DNA of 63,898 bases, counting the filler. It is 14 parts of 14 records of this genome, joined end to end, with 100 filler letters (N's around TTAATTAATTAA, not from the genome) between each part and the next. Parts side by side here need not be neighbours in the genome. Positions count along the whole stretch, not along the records: positions 32,629 to 37,785 come from SRR7504441_24623; positions 37,886 to 41,090 come from SRR7504441_24639; positions 41,191 to 44,562 come from SRR7504441_24706; positions 44,663 to 47,823 come from SRR7504441_24878; positions 47,924 to 51,235 come from SRR7504441_24903; 9 more parts are not named here. One strand, given 5' to 3'. The translations under genes were made by a program, and so were the position numbers. Positions within the stretch are counted from its first letter, which is position 1; every line of letters starts with the position of its first letter. Of this stretch, positions 36,101-48,000 are shown in pieces. Below the pieces are notes generated by a model. It did not search any database and was not told where the DNA came from. It was given only the letters and a program-made list of their open reading frames with translations.

Positions 36101-36965
36101 GGCTCCACGCACAGGTTGACCATCGTCCTGCACAGCGGCTCCTGCACCTGCACGCCCAGTCTAGCCTGGACCACGCAGCCGCACGCACTGTGATGTTCGG
36201 CGCCAGAGCGTCGCAGCTCTTGACCCATATGCTGTCGCAGAGCTTGACCACCGCCTCCAGGCTCTCCTTGCCCGTGAGCAGCGGCCAGCTCTCCGGGTCC
36301 TGCCCAGGATCGTAAGCGGGACGCAGGGTGGTGGCCGGGCAACCTCCGACAGCTCGGCCAGATCAGCAATCTGGTGCTTTGGGTCTGACGCCGTCGACGT
36401 GACCCTGCGTGCACCGGTCGGTCGGCCGGTCCGGGCTGGACTCACGCGGCGATAAACTTCTGCACTTTGACCTCGGCCGGCACCACCCCCAGGAATTCCC
36501 AGAGCTCCTCACTGCGATTACGCTCAGGCCCAGGCCCAGCCGGGCTGCCCGCCTGCGGAGCAGAATGTTCTGGTCGGCGCAGATCGCCTTCAGGTACACC
36601 TCCAGCGCCTCGCTGGCCCGGCCCGGCTCAGTCCGCCCCCGGGCCAAGCCGCACCGGCGCTCTTCGACGAACTTTTCGCTCATGTTGCCCAGAAGCTTCT
36701 TACCGGGCAGCGCCACCACTTTCTGCCCAGCCCCGGGTGAGCGCGCCGGGCCGGTCGGCCGGGCGCGGACCGACTCGCCGAACTGCTTGATCAGGGCCTT
36801 GTGCAGAACTTCGAACTCGGAGTACCGGTGCGACTCCTCGCTCTGGCCCCGGGCTCGCCAGCGGCCGGAGCCGGCGGGCGCCTTGGCGTTGCCGTCGCGG
36901 ATCTGGATGGCGTAGTGGACAGTCTGCATCGACTTGGTCGAGCTCGGGATGCATACTTCGAGCAT
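33177..36965 (-). CDS. PX domain plus ARM-like repeats plus long coiled coil; many short introns
   Basis: PX: HRYSEFEVLHKAL..LPGKKLLGNMSEKFVEERREALEVYL..EELWEFL. Helical ARM-like segments (PLCRTMVNLC..ANR, VLHVICTMA) and a C-terminal coiled coil of more than 350 aa. Confidence 0.75.
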
Positions 36966-37091
36966 GGCCCGCGGCCGTGTCACTGGAGACTGGGTGGGAG
37001 GTGCCTGGTGGCTGGGTGCTCTTGATCTTCCGTTAACTGAGGCCGGGTAAAAAACTAGGGGCGCACACTGCCTGGTGGCGGCGCACTGGGG

Positions 37092-37738
37092 ATGGGCTCA
37101 CACTGCGCGTGCGAGCGTCGGTGCGGGAGGTCGGATGCGGCGGAGTCCACCTACGAGGTGTGCGCCGGCCGGTCGGCTGGAGCCAGCGTGGGCAGGATCA
37201 ACCCGGGGAGGGGAGCAGCGCACCGGAGCCGCTCGCCCCCGAGCCGCTGCTATCGGACCCAGCGCCGGCGGTGCCCGAGACGCAGGAGGGGAAGCTGCGC
37301 CGGCTGCGAACCGACCTGGGCAGCATGCACCATGAGACCCTGGCGTGTATAGCCCGCCTGGGGCTGGAGCTGCAGGCGGAGGGACAGCTGGAGCAAGCCG
37401 AGCCGCTGCTGCGGGAGGCCGCGGGCTCGCACCGGACGCTGATGGGCGGGCGACACGTTAAGACGTTGGTGGCGATCGACCAGCTCGGGCGGCTGCTGCG
37501 CGAGCGGGGTGAGCTGGAGGAGGCCGAGCGCCTGCTCACTGAGGCGGTGGTCGGCCGCCGAGCCACGCTGGGGGACCGGCACCCGGACACGATCGAGTCA
37601 ATCCAGGCGTTGGGAGCTGTGGCCAGGGACCAGGCGTCGGCCGATCGCTCGGCCAGGCGAGAGGCCAATCGCAAGGCCATGCGCGAGGCAGCCAGGATTG
37701 AGCCACAACCGGAGCCAAGTGCGGATGTATTAAGTTGA
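37092..37738 (+). CDS. Small TPR protein (kinesin-light-chain/NPHP3-type repeats) with MGSHCAC acylation-like N-terminus; intron 37158-37195
   Basis: LGSMHHETL, GQLEQAEPLLREA, GGRHVKTL, GELEEAERL and LGDRHPDT repeats. Confidence 0.8.
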
Positions 37739-37885
37739 CCCCCGTCTGTTCGAGAACTTTACTCGTACTATATATGATTTATATANNNNNNNNNNNNNNN
37801 NNNNNNNNNNNNNNNNNNNNNNNNNNNNNTTAATTAATTAANNNNNNNNNNNNNNNNNNNNNNNNNNNNNNNNNNNNNNNNNNNN

Positions 37886-38458
37886 GGTCGCATTGCCGCC
37901 CCAGCCGCTGGCGAGCTGCCTCCGCCCGGTGGCCTGGCACTGGGGCATACGATGCCTCCCAAAGTCATGCGGGGCGTCTACCACCGCCCAGCTCGAGTCG
38001 TCAAACCCCAACTGCGACTGGGCCGGCGATGCCGCGTCCTGGGGCCACGGGGCGGCCAGACGCCCGGACCAGCGCCCTGGCGCCGCGGTTTTGTTCGAGG
38101 CGAGGTTCTCGTTCAGCCAGCACCAACGGCCATTCCAGTCCCAGGCCCGGCAGGTGTCGTGGTTGGCGCACTCGTTGCAGCAGTCCTCCTTGCTGGCCAC
38201 CAGTCCGGCCCAGATCTGCCCGGGCGCGTCGGGCGCGGCGTAGCTGACGTTCGGCTCGAAGGAGCACTGCTGGTAGCGCGGCTCGATCGCCTGTTGGAAT
38301 CGCCATGCCAAATCGAAGTTGAGGGTCGAGCGCGGGCCGGCGGCGGGGCTGCGGGGCGGGCGCTGGGCGGGCAGCTGCCGGGGCCCAATCGAGGAGAGCC
38401 GTCCTGCAGCAGCTGTGCAGACCAGCAGCCACCAGCAGCCGAGCCGTCCGGTGCTCAT
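37886..38458 (-). CDS. Secreted GH2 beta-galactosidase-like N-terminus with inserted PAN/apple module (3' truncated)
   Basis: Signal peptide, RSTLNFDLAWRF ... FDDSSWAVVDAPHDF, with an intervening EDCCNECANHDTCRAWDWNGRWCWL. Confidence 0.7.
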
Positions 38459-38545
38459 TCCGCCTTCACCGAATTCCGTTACGGTGATCGGGCTCGGCCG
38501 CGCTGCGCCGGCAGCGTTGGTGTATCGGCTCGACCAGCAACACCA

Positions 38546-40595
38546 ATGGGCTGCCTGACGAGCACGGAGCAGAAGCCGGCAGCAGTACCGACTGCCCCGC
38601 CGGAGGCCCGGCCAGCCGCCGAGCTTGAGCGTTGGAAGGTCTTCTCCGCGCTGGACTACCGGGACGAGCGGGAGAGGTTAGAGTTTGGAAGATTCATCCG
38701 GGCGGCCCGGGAGGCGCTGGGCGAGACCCGGCGGACGAGCCAGATATCGGTGGAGCGGGTGGTTGTTGACACCGGGCTGCGGCTGCCAGAGGGGTTTGGG
38801 TGCGCGGAGTGCCGGGAGCTGATGGACGACCTCAAGGCCGGGAACCCGATCACTGAAGCCACTGCTAGGACGATCCTGGCCCGGGCGGCCCCGGTGCTCA
38901 GGGCCCGGCCGTGCGTGGTGCGGCAGCCGGCGCCATGCCCGGAGCGCCCGATGACCGTTGTGGGGGACCTGCACGGCGACCTGAAGGATCTGCTGACGAT
39001 ACTCGAGCACACGGGGCTGCCGGAGCGGGAAGGCGGCGGGCGGCTGGGCGACAGGCTGCTGGTGTTCAACGGAGACTTTGTAGACAGAGGGCCGTTCTCA
39101 TTTGAAGTGCTCATGTTGCTTCTCGCACTGCAGGCAGCGGCTCCCGAGGACGTCGTGCTGCTGAGGGGGAATCACGAGGATCCATTCTTGTCCGAATCCT
39201 ACGGTTTTAGGAGCGAGGTCTGCAGCAAGCAAGGCGCTGGGCTGTTCGATCTAGTGGTGGAAGTGTTTGCAGCGATGCCGCTGGCTGTGCTGGTGGAAGA
39301 GACTGCGTTCATCGTCCATGCGGGGCCGCCTCTTGGCGAGCAGGATACTCTTGAGACGATAGATGGCATCAATAGGGCCGAGTTTGTGTCGGTTGTGGAC
39401 CGTTTTTACGTGACCGGCAGCGATGTGCAGACGATGCTTGTGGTGGATATGCTCTGGTCAGACCCGGATCCTCAAATGGAGGACACCGAGCCTTCCAGAC
39501 CAAACGACGAGAGAGGCGACGTGGGCAGCTGGTACGGCAAGGGCCAGATCAAAAGCTGGCTCGACAAATGCAAAGTGCCGATGCTGATACGGTCGCATGA
39601 GTGTGAGCCGACTGGTTTCCACGTCGAGCAGTTGGAGGACGGTAAATGCTGGTGCACCGTGTTTAGTGCCTCAGACTACTGCGGAGGCGAGAATGAGGGC
39701 TGTGCTATTACCTTCGACGGGCCAGGGGCGACGTGGACCGAGTTTCACTATTACACCCAGACGGGGGACTGGTCGGACCAGCTTAAGACGCACTGCACGG
39801 AGTCGGTCCGCGAGGCGATCATACGAAGCTTGCCGCAAGTGGTTGAATATTTTAATAACAGCCGGTACAGCAATGCGATCTCGCCAGACCAGTGGAGCGC
39901 CCTGATGGCCAGGCGCGCCCGGCCGGAGGCGAGCATGAGGCCTGGCCAGGGCAGTAGGGCGGGACATCCCGTGGAGCGAGCTCCAACCGACTTTGGCCCC
40001 AGTTGAGCCGACAGGCGAGATTTTATTCGACCAATTCATCCGCCAGTACGAAGTCCGTTAGTAGCACCACTGCGGGAGCTCAGCAGGCCACAGGTGAGTA
40101 TTGATACTCTGAGTGGGATCGACGTTGCCGGGCTCTACCGCAGCTATGAATTTCTTGAGGCGCTCCCGGGGCCGTGCTTTGAATGATAGCGATTTAGGTG
40201 GTTTTCGAGCACTTTGACAAGTCCGGCCAAGGTGTGATCTCGCTTGAGGACTGGCTGGCCGGCTGCAAGTGGCTCAACCAGCAACTACCGGGCGGGCTTC
40301 GCGTAGCTGAGCCGGAGAAGCTGTTCAGGCTGGTGCGCCCCTGCTCCCTCCGGCCGGCAGGCTCGAGCGCAGGTAGATTTGAACTGTACGGGCACAATTG
40401 ATTTGAACGAGCTCTACGAGAGCTTCCGGTGAGTGCTGGCTGGGGCTGGCAGCGAGGGCCGGCAGGATCGGAGGGGCCGAGATGCTTTACTCGCCGCGCG
40501 CCAGGAGCTCATCTGTCGGTGGTCGCAGCCGCAGTGGCTCGACTGGCACTAGGTACAGTGCTATTATAACTAGTACAAGTAGTAGTACAGTGTAG
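38546..40595 (+). CDS. PPEF/RdgC-type Ser/Thr phosphatase with EF hands and MGC N-terminus
   Basis: GDLHG, NGDFVDRG, RGNHE, LWSDP, IRSHE and TVFSASDY; EF hands FDKSGQGVISLEDW and DLNCTGTIDLNE. Last exon uncertain. Confidence 0.88.
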
Positions 40596-40851
40596 TATGG
40601 TATGTTTTAGTGGTATTATAGCAGCTGGAGTCGTGGACCGGCACCAATAACTGAGCCCTGGTGTGCAGGGATCGGAGCCTATCAGCCTCATTAGCTGCAG
40701 GCGATCTAGACTGCAGTGAATCGACCAAGGTGCGTGCCGCGTTGTCTTCGGACACCGATCGCGACGAATGGTGCCACTGCGCAGGGCCGACTAGGCCGCT
40801 CAAACCGGCTGCAGGGTGCCCAAGCGATTCCCGCCGCCGGAGCGCCGAGCC

Positions 40852-40935
40852 GGATCTAGTTCGCAGCTTCAAGCATCACCCTCTCGCTAGTTCTGAGCTA
40901 ACGATCTGATGATGCTTGAAGCTGGGAGCCGATCC
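40852..40935. other. 84-nt imperfect hairpin in intergenic DNA
   Basis: Perfect 15-bp stem CAGCTTCAAGCATCA (40864-40878) / TGATGCTTGAAGCTG (40910-40924), with additional outer and inner pairing. Confidence 0.8.
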
Positions 40936-41190
40936 TGAAGATCTATTGTATATAAATACGTAAATCGTCCATTAGATCTACGAGTACGTCAGTACGTACG
41001 GTAGACGCTCGGACGCTACGCAGGTGCCAGGCGAGCGGCCGCCGGGTGCTCTCGTAGTGCTCTCGAGGAGCAGGGTGTCGGGAGACACCGNNNNNNNNNN
41101 NNNNNNNNNNNNNNNNNNNNNNNNNNNNNNNNNNTTAATTAATTAANNNNNNNNNNNNNNNNNNNNNNNNNNNNNNNNNNNNNNNNNNNN

Positions 41191-44100
41191 ATTCATCAGC
41201 AGCGCAATGCTGCACCCCCTATTGGAAGTCCAGGGTATGGTCCACAAATCATTGATTTGGTAGAGATTCACGCAACCAACTGGGCTGAAGCTCTCATTGT
41301 TTGTACAGGCAATGGTGTACAATTCCGAGTCGCGCACAGCAGCCAAATATTGCTTGACTTGCGAGATGGTGATGGACCACTTGATCACGGGTACCTTTAA
41401 CTGAGGTGGGCCGGTCTCTGGCAGCCATTCAGGCCGAATTGGGTCGAGGCGACCGTTTGCTTCGTGCAGCATATTGAGCGTGAGGTTCACTACACCTGGC
41501 TTCTTCTTACAGGCCAAGCGCCAAACAACATATGCCCCAGCTGCCCCAAGCACCAGAGTCCCGATGATTATAATGACTATCAACGCGGGCGATACCGTTG
41601 TCCCTTCACTGCTTGTGGCATCAGTGGTACCATTCGGAACCTCGACACCAGCAATTGCAGCAATTGCGACAGAAGTGCCAGTGATCTCGCTAATCGCTGC
41701 AGCGAGGCTGCTTGCCGTGCAGGTGTCGGAGCATCCCTCTCGCAGCCTACGCAAGGGCCAATAAGATAAACCTGTGGCTGTCGTCACGAAGGTCACAGCT
41801 AGACTGCGGCGAGCAGCCGTAGAGGTGATTGATACCCCCTTGATGTAAGTTTCGCACGGGTGCAAGCAGGCGCCAATTGCGACACCGTAGCCTCGCTCAT
41901 AGCCATTTTTCATGCCTGTGTACCAATGCGGATTTGCCGGCAGGTTGCTGAAGAGCACTTCTTGTGAGAATGTGTAAGTCTCTGCGGTAGGTGCGGGTGT
42001 GGTCGGTGGAGCACTGGTCGGCTCGTTAGTGGGTACTGCAGTGGGTGCACACGTCGAGAACTCTTGTATACCCGAGCCATCTAACCAGTTCTCAGTTGTC
42101 TTACCTGAGAGGTCCCAGCATAGTACCTGCCTCATTTGAGTGGCCCCGTAGAACATGTAATCCATCGAAGTGACGCTGCTCACATCCCAGGTCGCAATCT
42201 CTTGATCGAACACGGGCGCATTGTGAAACATATAGTCTGTGCGCGTGACAGCACTCGTGTTCCAGGTCCCAATCGGCTGGTTGAAAACAAGGGCGTTGTA
42301 GAACATGTAATTCATGTGTGTAACGGCACTCACATCCCAGCTGCCGAGTGGCTGGTCAAACGAATCGGCTTCTAGTAGCATGTGGGCCATATCAGTCACT
42401 CGGCTCACATTCCAAGTCCCAATCGGTTGATCAAACGTGAGGGCGCCGTAGAACATACTGTTCATGTTGGTCACTGAACTGGTATTCCAGTTTTGGATCT
42501 CCTGGTTGAACGAGTCTGCTCTTACGAACATCCAATACATCGAGGTCACCTTGTTGGTCTCCCAAGTGCCGATTGCCTGGTTGAACTTGATGGCTCCATC
42601 AAACATGTTCTCCATTGATGTGACCCTACTCACGTCCCAGTTCCCAATGTCCGGGTTGCCGCGGCAGCCCTCGAACAGATGAGACATGTCAGTCACCCGC
42701 GAAACATCCCAATGCTGAGGCGAACCATACTTGGCCTGGGCCTGGGCAGCGTCAGAGCACCAGGCGAGCGCTGCAGTCGCAAGATCGGCATTGGACGGTG
42801 CCCTCCATGCACTCATATTGCCGACCAGAAGTGTGCCTGAAGCCCCAACAGCGAAGATGTAAGTATTCTTGGTTACCACGCCATACAGGTCTGATGTGGT
42901 TGCAACAGTCTGCAAGCTCCAGACACTGCCTCCGTCGCTTGTGCCCAGAACTGTCCCTGAGGCACCAACTGCGAAGGCTACCGTGGGGCTGGCAAGCGAT
43001 ACTCCATATAAATCCTCTGTCGTCCCAGAGGCCTGCAAGATCCATGTACTGCCCCCGTCAGTTGTGGCCAGAATCGTCCCGCTTCCTCCGACTGCGAAGC
43101 CCACAGCAGTACTCGCGAAGTCAACCGCGTATAAACTTCGCAGGCGAGTGGAGGAGAGTGGAGTCGGTGCAGCGCTGGGCGCGTTGGTAGGCGCAAGGGT
43201 TGATAATGCAAATGTCTGTGAGGTGGGAGCCACCTGATCGTTGTCGATCCACCACGGATTGTCACCATACGGAGTGCCTTGCCGTCCTCTGCTTACAGTA
43301 CCGTCAACTGCGAGCAGGAGAATGTCGCTACATGTGAAGAGCCCTATCATCCAGTAGCCCCAGCCGTCGACGGAACTCATCGATATCCGAAGCTGAGTGG
43401 GTTCGCCAGACAGGCTAAAGGTTTTGCGCTGTGCTGATCCTAGCGTGGTTCCATCAGTGATGCTGTCAGGACTGAAAAAATCCGTAGGGGTAGTCCATGC
43501 GCCGCCCACTTTGAATTGAGTTTCGACTGCCGCGTTAGTCTCGGCATTTGTTTGAGTACTAGTCCGGCTGATTAAAGTGACCACATTTGTTTGGCACGCA
43601 GTCAAACAGTCAGCTGCGGACAGGTCGACGTCATATGTTTGTGTTGCCGGGCTTGTAGAACCGAGCCACCATCTGTTGATGCCCTGCGCAGTCCCGGCCT
43701 CCCCATTCGAGTCGACTGCAACAACGAGTTCTAGGTCGCACATGAACAGCGCGACCATCCAATACCCCCAGCTGGATCCTGCGCTGGTCTGGTTACTACC
43801 AACCAGCTCAAGCCGTGTCGGCTCACCAGACAGGATGAAGATCTTTTGCTTGCGTTCTCCAGCGGCGGCACCAGTGAAAAACTCTTCAGGAGCAGTCCAG
43901 GCAGCGTTTACAAAGAATCGAACAAAGACCGTGGATGTCGTTTGGGCGCTCGTCATGTTAATGGTCTCAACAGTCAATATCACCGTCCTCTGTATTTCCC
44001 GGTACGACTGTAAATTCCATGTATAGCCTCCGTCGGTCGTGGCCAAAATCGTCTGATTTGCACCGACAGCAAAGCCCACCGTCAGGCTCGGAAATGAGAC

Positions 44101-44562
44101 ACCGTACAGGTCCGCTGTGGTCAGGCTGATCCATGTATAGCCTGCGTTAGTCGTGGCCAGAACCGTCCCATTCGCTCCGATTGCGGAGCCCACAGTGGGG
44201 CTGGCGAATACAATAGCATGCAAATCCAGCCCACCCAGTGTCGGTACGGATGCAAGCTTTGATGCAGGATACCACCCTGAGCTAGCTCCGTCGATCGTGC
44301 CCAGAACCGTGCCCGAGGCCCCGACCATGCCGCCCACAGTGGCGCTTGCGAAGGAGACACCGTACAGGTCCTTTGTAGTCCCGCTGGTCTGCAAGGTCCA
44401 GCTAGTGCCTGCATCAGTGGTGCCCAGAACTGTCCCATTCGCGCCGACCGCGAAGCCTGCAGTCGAGGACGAGAATGCCAGGCCTCGCAAATCTTGTATC
44501 GTCCCGCTGGACTGTAAGCTCCAAGTTGCTTGCACGCCAGCTGGGGAGGGGGGGGGGGGGGG
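41191..44562 (-). CDS. Large membrane-anchored surface protein: YCF48/BNR-like propeller repeats, two PLAT-like domains, DUF285 (BspA/PARCEL) repeats, TM helix; both ends truncated
   Basis: DLYGVSF..PTVGFAVGA.GT.L.T.DGG..W repeats; about 8 25-aa repeats of type IGNWDVSRVTSM..MF..A..FNQ; PT-rich linkers; TM LIVIIIIGTLVLGAAGAYVVW followed by KKK; intronless. Confidence 0.85.
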
Positions 44563-44662
44563 NNNNNNNNNNNNNNNNNNNNNNNNNNNNNNNNNNNNNN
44601 NNNNNNTTAATTAATTAANNNNNNNNNNNNNNNNNNNNNNNNNNNNNNNNNNNNNNNNNNNN

Positions 44663-46209
44663 GGGGGGGGGGGGGGGGGGGGGGGGTGCCGTTTGAAGGG
44701 GAAGAGCTGGACCCAGAGCACTCGCAGGCCTATGCTGGCCAGGCCCTGTGGCCGCGTGAGCCGAGGGGGCAGCAGCCAGACGCCTTGAGCGTGGCAGCAA
44801 CGAGGTAAATGTTGACCACCGCAAGCAGAGCGTAGTCCAACGGAAAGCTGCCGCACGGTCAGCCAGCCTGAACAGCCCCAGGGCCACCGCCGGGAGCTCA
44901 TTAGCAGCAGCTGATCTAACGGCACGAATCCGGGAGTCTCGAGCTGCACCGTTGTGAGCCGCAGCCAGGCCGGGTCAGAGCCTTGAACCCGCAACGGAAT
45001 CCGCAGTGCGAGCCGACCGCTTGCCCGACCAGCTGGGCGACCATCGACACCAGCACCAGCAGCGAGAGCACGGCGAGCAGCACGCCTGCACTGCGTGCGC
45101 CGGCACACGGGCTGCGGAGGCACCAAGCACGAATTCAAAGTGTCGGCAGGCGTGCTGACAGCGGGCCCAGCAGGTGGTCTGGTTGAGCTTGAGCTTGTTG
45201 AGCTCGGCCTACCCGCCGATCCGCCACGCGCTGGCGGGCATCAACCTGCAGCAGTTGAGCCTGCTCACGGTACCCTGCGATCGCTCCCCTGTCCCCGCGA
45301 GACGGCACCTTGCCTGCCGCCCGGCTCGCTGGGCTGAAAATCGGGCCGGTTGCCTGAGAGCTGGTAGCTGGTCTCGATCTCGCGGATTCTGACCCTCGCT
45401 ATCTCCAGGTCGGTTGCGATCCGCTGTGAGAGATCGTCACGAGCGTGATCCGGCAGGGCACCTGTGAGTCGGACATCTGCTGGGCCGGGTTGTGGCCCGT
45501 GTGGCTGCTGGTCTGCATGAGCATATCCAACGGGAGAAGTACCAGCCCTGAGCTGGTATACAGCACCCAAGCCACTAGCCCGCAAGAGCCAATGGCGCCG
45601 GCGGCAAACAGCACGCACTTGTCCGCGTGGCTCAAGGTAGCCGCAACCCGCTCGCCCCACTCGCTCGTGTCGTGCGGGCCGGTCTCGACCACCGCTCCAA
45701 GCAGTAGCAGCCCAACCAGCAGCAGCGTGGTGAGCCCGGTCCACTTGGACGCCCGCGCCACTCGCTGGAGCGCAGTGGGCACCGGGTCGTCCACACCCAG
45801 CTCCAGCCTGCGCCGGGCTCGGCCGGGGCCGCTCAGCTCGGCACCAGAAGAGCACCCAGGGCAGCACCACGAAGCTCATCAGGCAGCAGAGCCCAAACAC
45901 GCCGGTGTACACCTGCCACCCCCAGCTCAGCCAGCGCGCTTTGAGGGTCCAGGCACCGCCACCAGCTGGGATGGCCCGGCCCGGCTGGCGGCCGCGAACA
46001 CGTCCAACGGAATCACCTGGGCGGGCTGAGTCCCGCTGGGCGCGGAGGAGCACCATCAGCCCTAGGACTGACCCAGCCAGTCCCAGAGCGGCTACCGCGC
46101 TGGAGAGGCCCCCGGACTGGTTGGGGTCCGAGTAGTACCACACCGCCGCCCCGGCATACACCAGCGAGCCCAGCACCGCCCCGGCGAACCCGAGCCACCC
46201 TGCCCACAT
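44663..46209 (-). CDS. LMBR1-family membrane protein, LMBD1 (lysosomal cobalamin exporter)-like; spliced, 3' truncated
   Basis: N-terminal TM pair, FVVLPWVLFW, WVLYTSSGLVLLPLDML, cytosolic coiled coil and FVPLDQLL follow the LMBD1 layout. Confidence 0.65.
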
Positions 46210-46282
46210 TGTGGAGAGAGCTGGCCACGTCCGCAGGCCGCGTCTCGCTGGCTTTGAGGACGTTCGGGTTGTGCTCGGGACC

Positions 46283-47530
46283 ATGTGCGCGCTGCAGCTT
46301 GTGCTGCTGCTCGGACTGCTCGGGACGGGCGCCGGCACGGAGTCGGCAGCCCAGGCGCTCGCGGCTTTGGCCAGGGCGGTGGAGGCCGGGGACGGGCACT
46401 CCGCGGCGCTGCTGGGGGCCAAGGCGGCTCGGCTGGCGGGGGAGGACTCGGCGGGGCTGATGCAGGTGGCCGGGCTGCTCAGGGAGGGCTGGCGGCTGGA
46501 GGAAATGCACCTGGTGCTCCAGCGGCGGCTGATGATCACCCGGGGCCCGAGCTCGGTCCTGCGGGTGCCAGAGCAGCTGCACAAGCTGGACCACGACCTC
46601 GAACAACTAGAATACCTCCTGGCGACCCGCCGGGCGCGCACCAGCCCGCCGCTGACGGAAGCGATCGCCGCGCTCCGGGCGCTGCGCCAGTTCATGGCCT
46701 CGGGCGAGCCGGTGCAACTGCTGACTGAACAGGTGAGCGTGCCGCATCAGAACGCGTTGCTCCGAACCCTGGGCAAGCCCTGGCACGTGTCAACGGCCCC
46801 GGCTGTGCCCGGCGGGGCGCTCAACCCAGATCTTGGCTGGGCTGAGCTGGAGCGGGAGTACCTGGGCAGCGAGCCGAGCGTGCTGGTGATAGATGATTTC
46901 CTGACTGATCAAGCTCTGCACCAGCTCTGGGAATTCTGCCTGGAGAGCACGTTCTGGCATACGGCCAAGGCTAGCTACTTAGGGGCCTACGCGTACGACG
47001 GCTTCTCGGCCCCACTGCTGTGGCAGGTGGCGGTCTCTGCCGGGCGGTGCTGAGCCTGGGGGCAGATTGGGCGGGAATTGCCTGAGAGGCTGCCTCGAGT
47101 GCTCGGAGGACTGACGCTCGGGCATTGGTGGGCGTACAAGTATGGCGACTCGAACGCTGGGATCGACACGCACGGGGACTCGGCTGCTGTGAATGTCAAC
47201 TTCTGGATCACCCCGACTGAGCACTGTGAGGGCGACTCGGGGCTGGTAGTCTATACGACTGAGGCGCCAGTCGAGTGGGATTTTGAGCAATTTAATTCCA
47301 AGTCGGGCGAACCCAACAGACAGATCGAGCAATTCCTTGCCGAGAACGGAATGCGGAACCGCACGGTCCCATATCGATGCAACCGCGCGGTGGTATTTGT
47401 GAGCACGCTGTTTCATCGAACAGACACCGTCAGGTTTAGGCCTGGGTATAAAGCCCGGCGGATCAATGTGACCTTCCTCTATGGTAAGCGGGGCCAAAGG
47501 TCAGTCAACAATGCCAAGAAAGAGCTGTGA
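46283..47530 (+). CDS. Secreted 2OG-Fe(II) oxygenase-like protein; intron 47027-47065
   Basis: Signal peptide, VIDDFL, WAYKY, THGDSAAVNVNFWITP (HxD), FVSTLFHRTD (distal His) and RRINVTFLYG. Confidence 0.72.
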
Positions 47531-48000
47531 GCCGGCCGGCGCCGCAAATATATATCAATTTTATCCGTGTACGTATACGAGCATTTTAAATACCGTCAAG
47601 GATTAGGTGCACTGGTCATACACATGTGATTGTATCTTATAGCTGTGCACATAGTCCACAATCTACGAAATCAATCTAAGAGTGTTAACAAATCACACAC
47701 CCTTTCGCGGGCCATGTCGCGAGCCTAAGAAAGTGCGCCCCTGTACCAGTATGCGGATCCTTGCCAGGCAAGATCTAGATCGCCATTGGTTAACGCTTGG
47801 CCTAGACTTTATTGAAAATACTCNNNNNNNNNNNNNNNNNNNNNNNNNNNNNNNNNNNNNNNNNNNNTTAATTAATTAANNNNNNNNNNNNNNNNNNNNN
47901 NNNNNNNNNNNNNNNNNNNNNNNCTATGTGGCAAAGTGTGTATTCAAAGCAAAAAGTCCGTTGAGACAGCTCACTCAAACTTGGCCCCCGCGCCCACTCG

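Noticed and set aside
44543-44686. Poly-G runs on both sides of a linker (G-quadruplex element?)
   Set aside because: Contig-end homopolymers; probably an assembly break or sequencing artefact.
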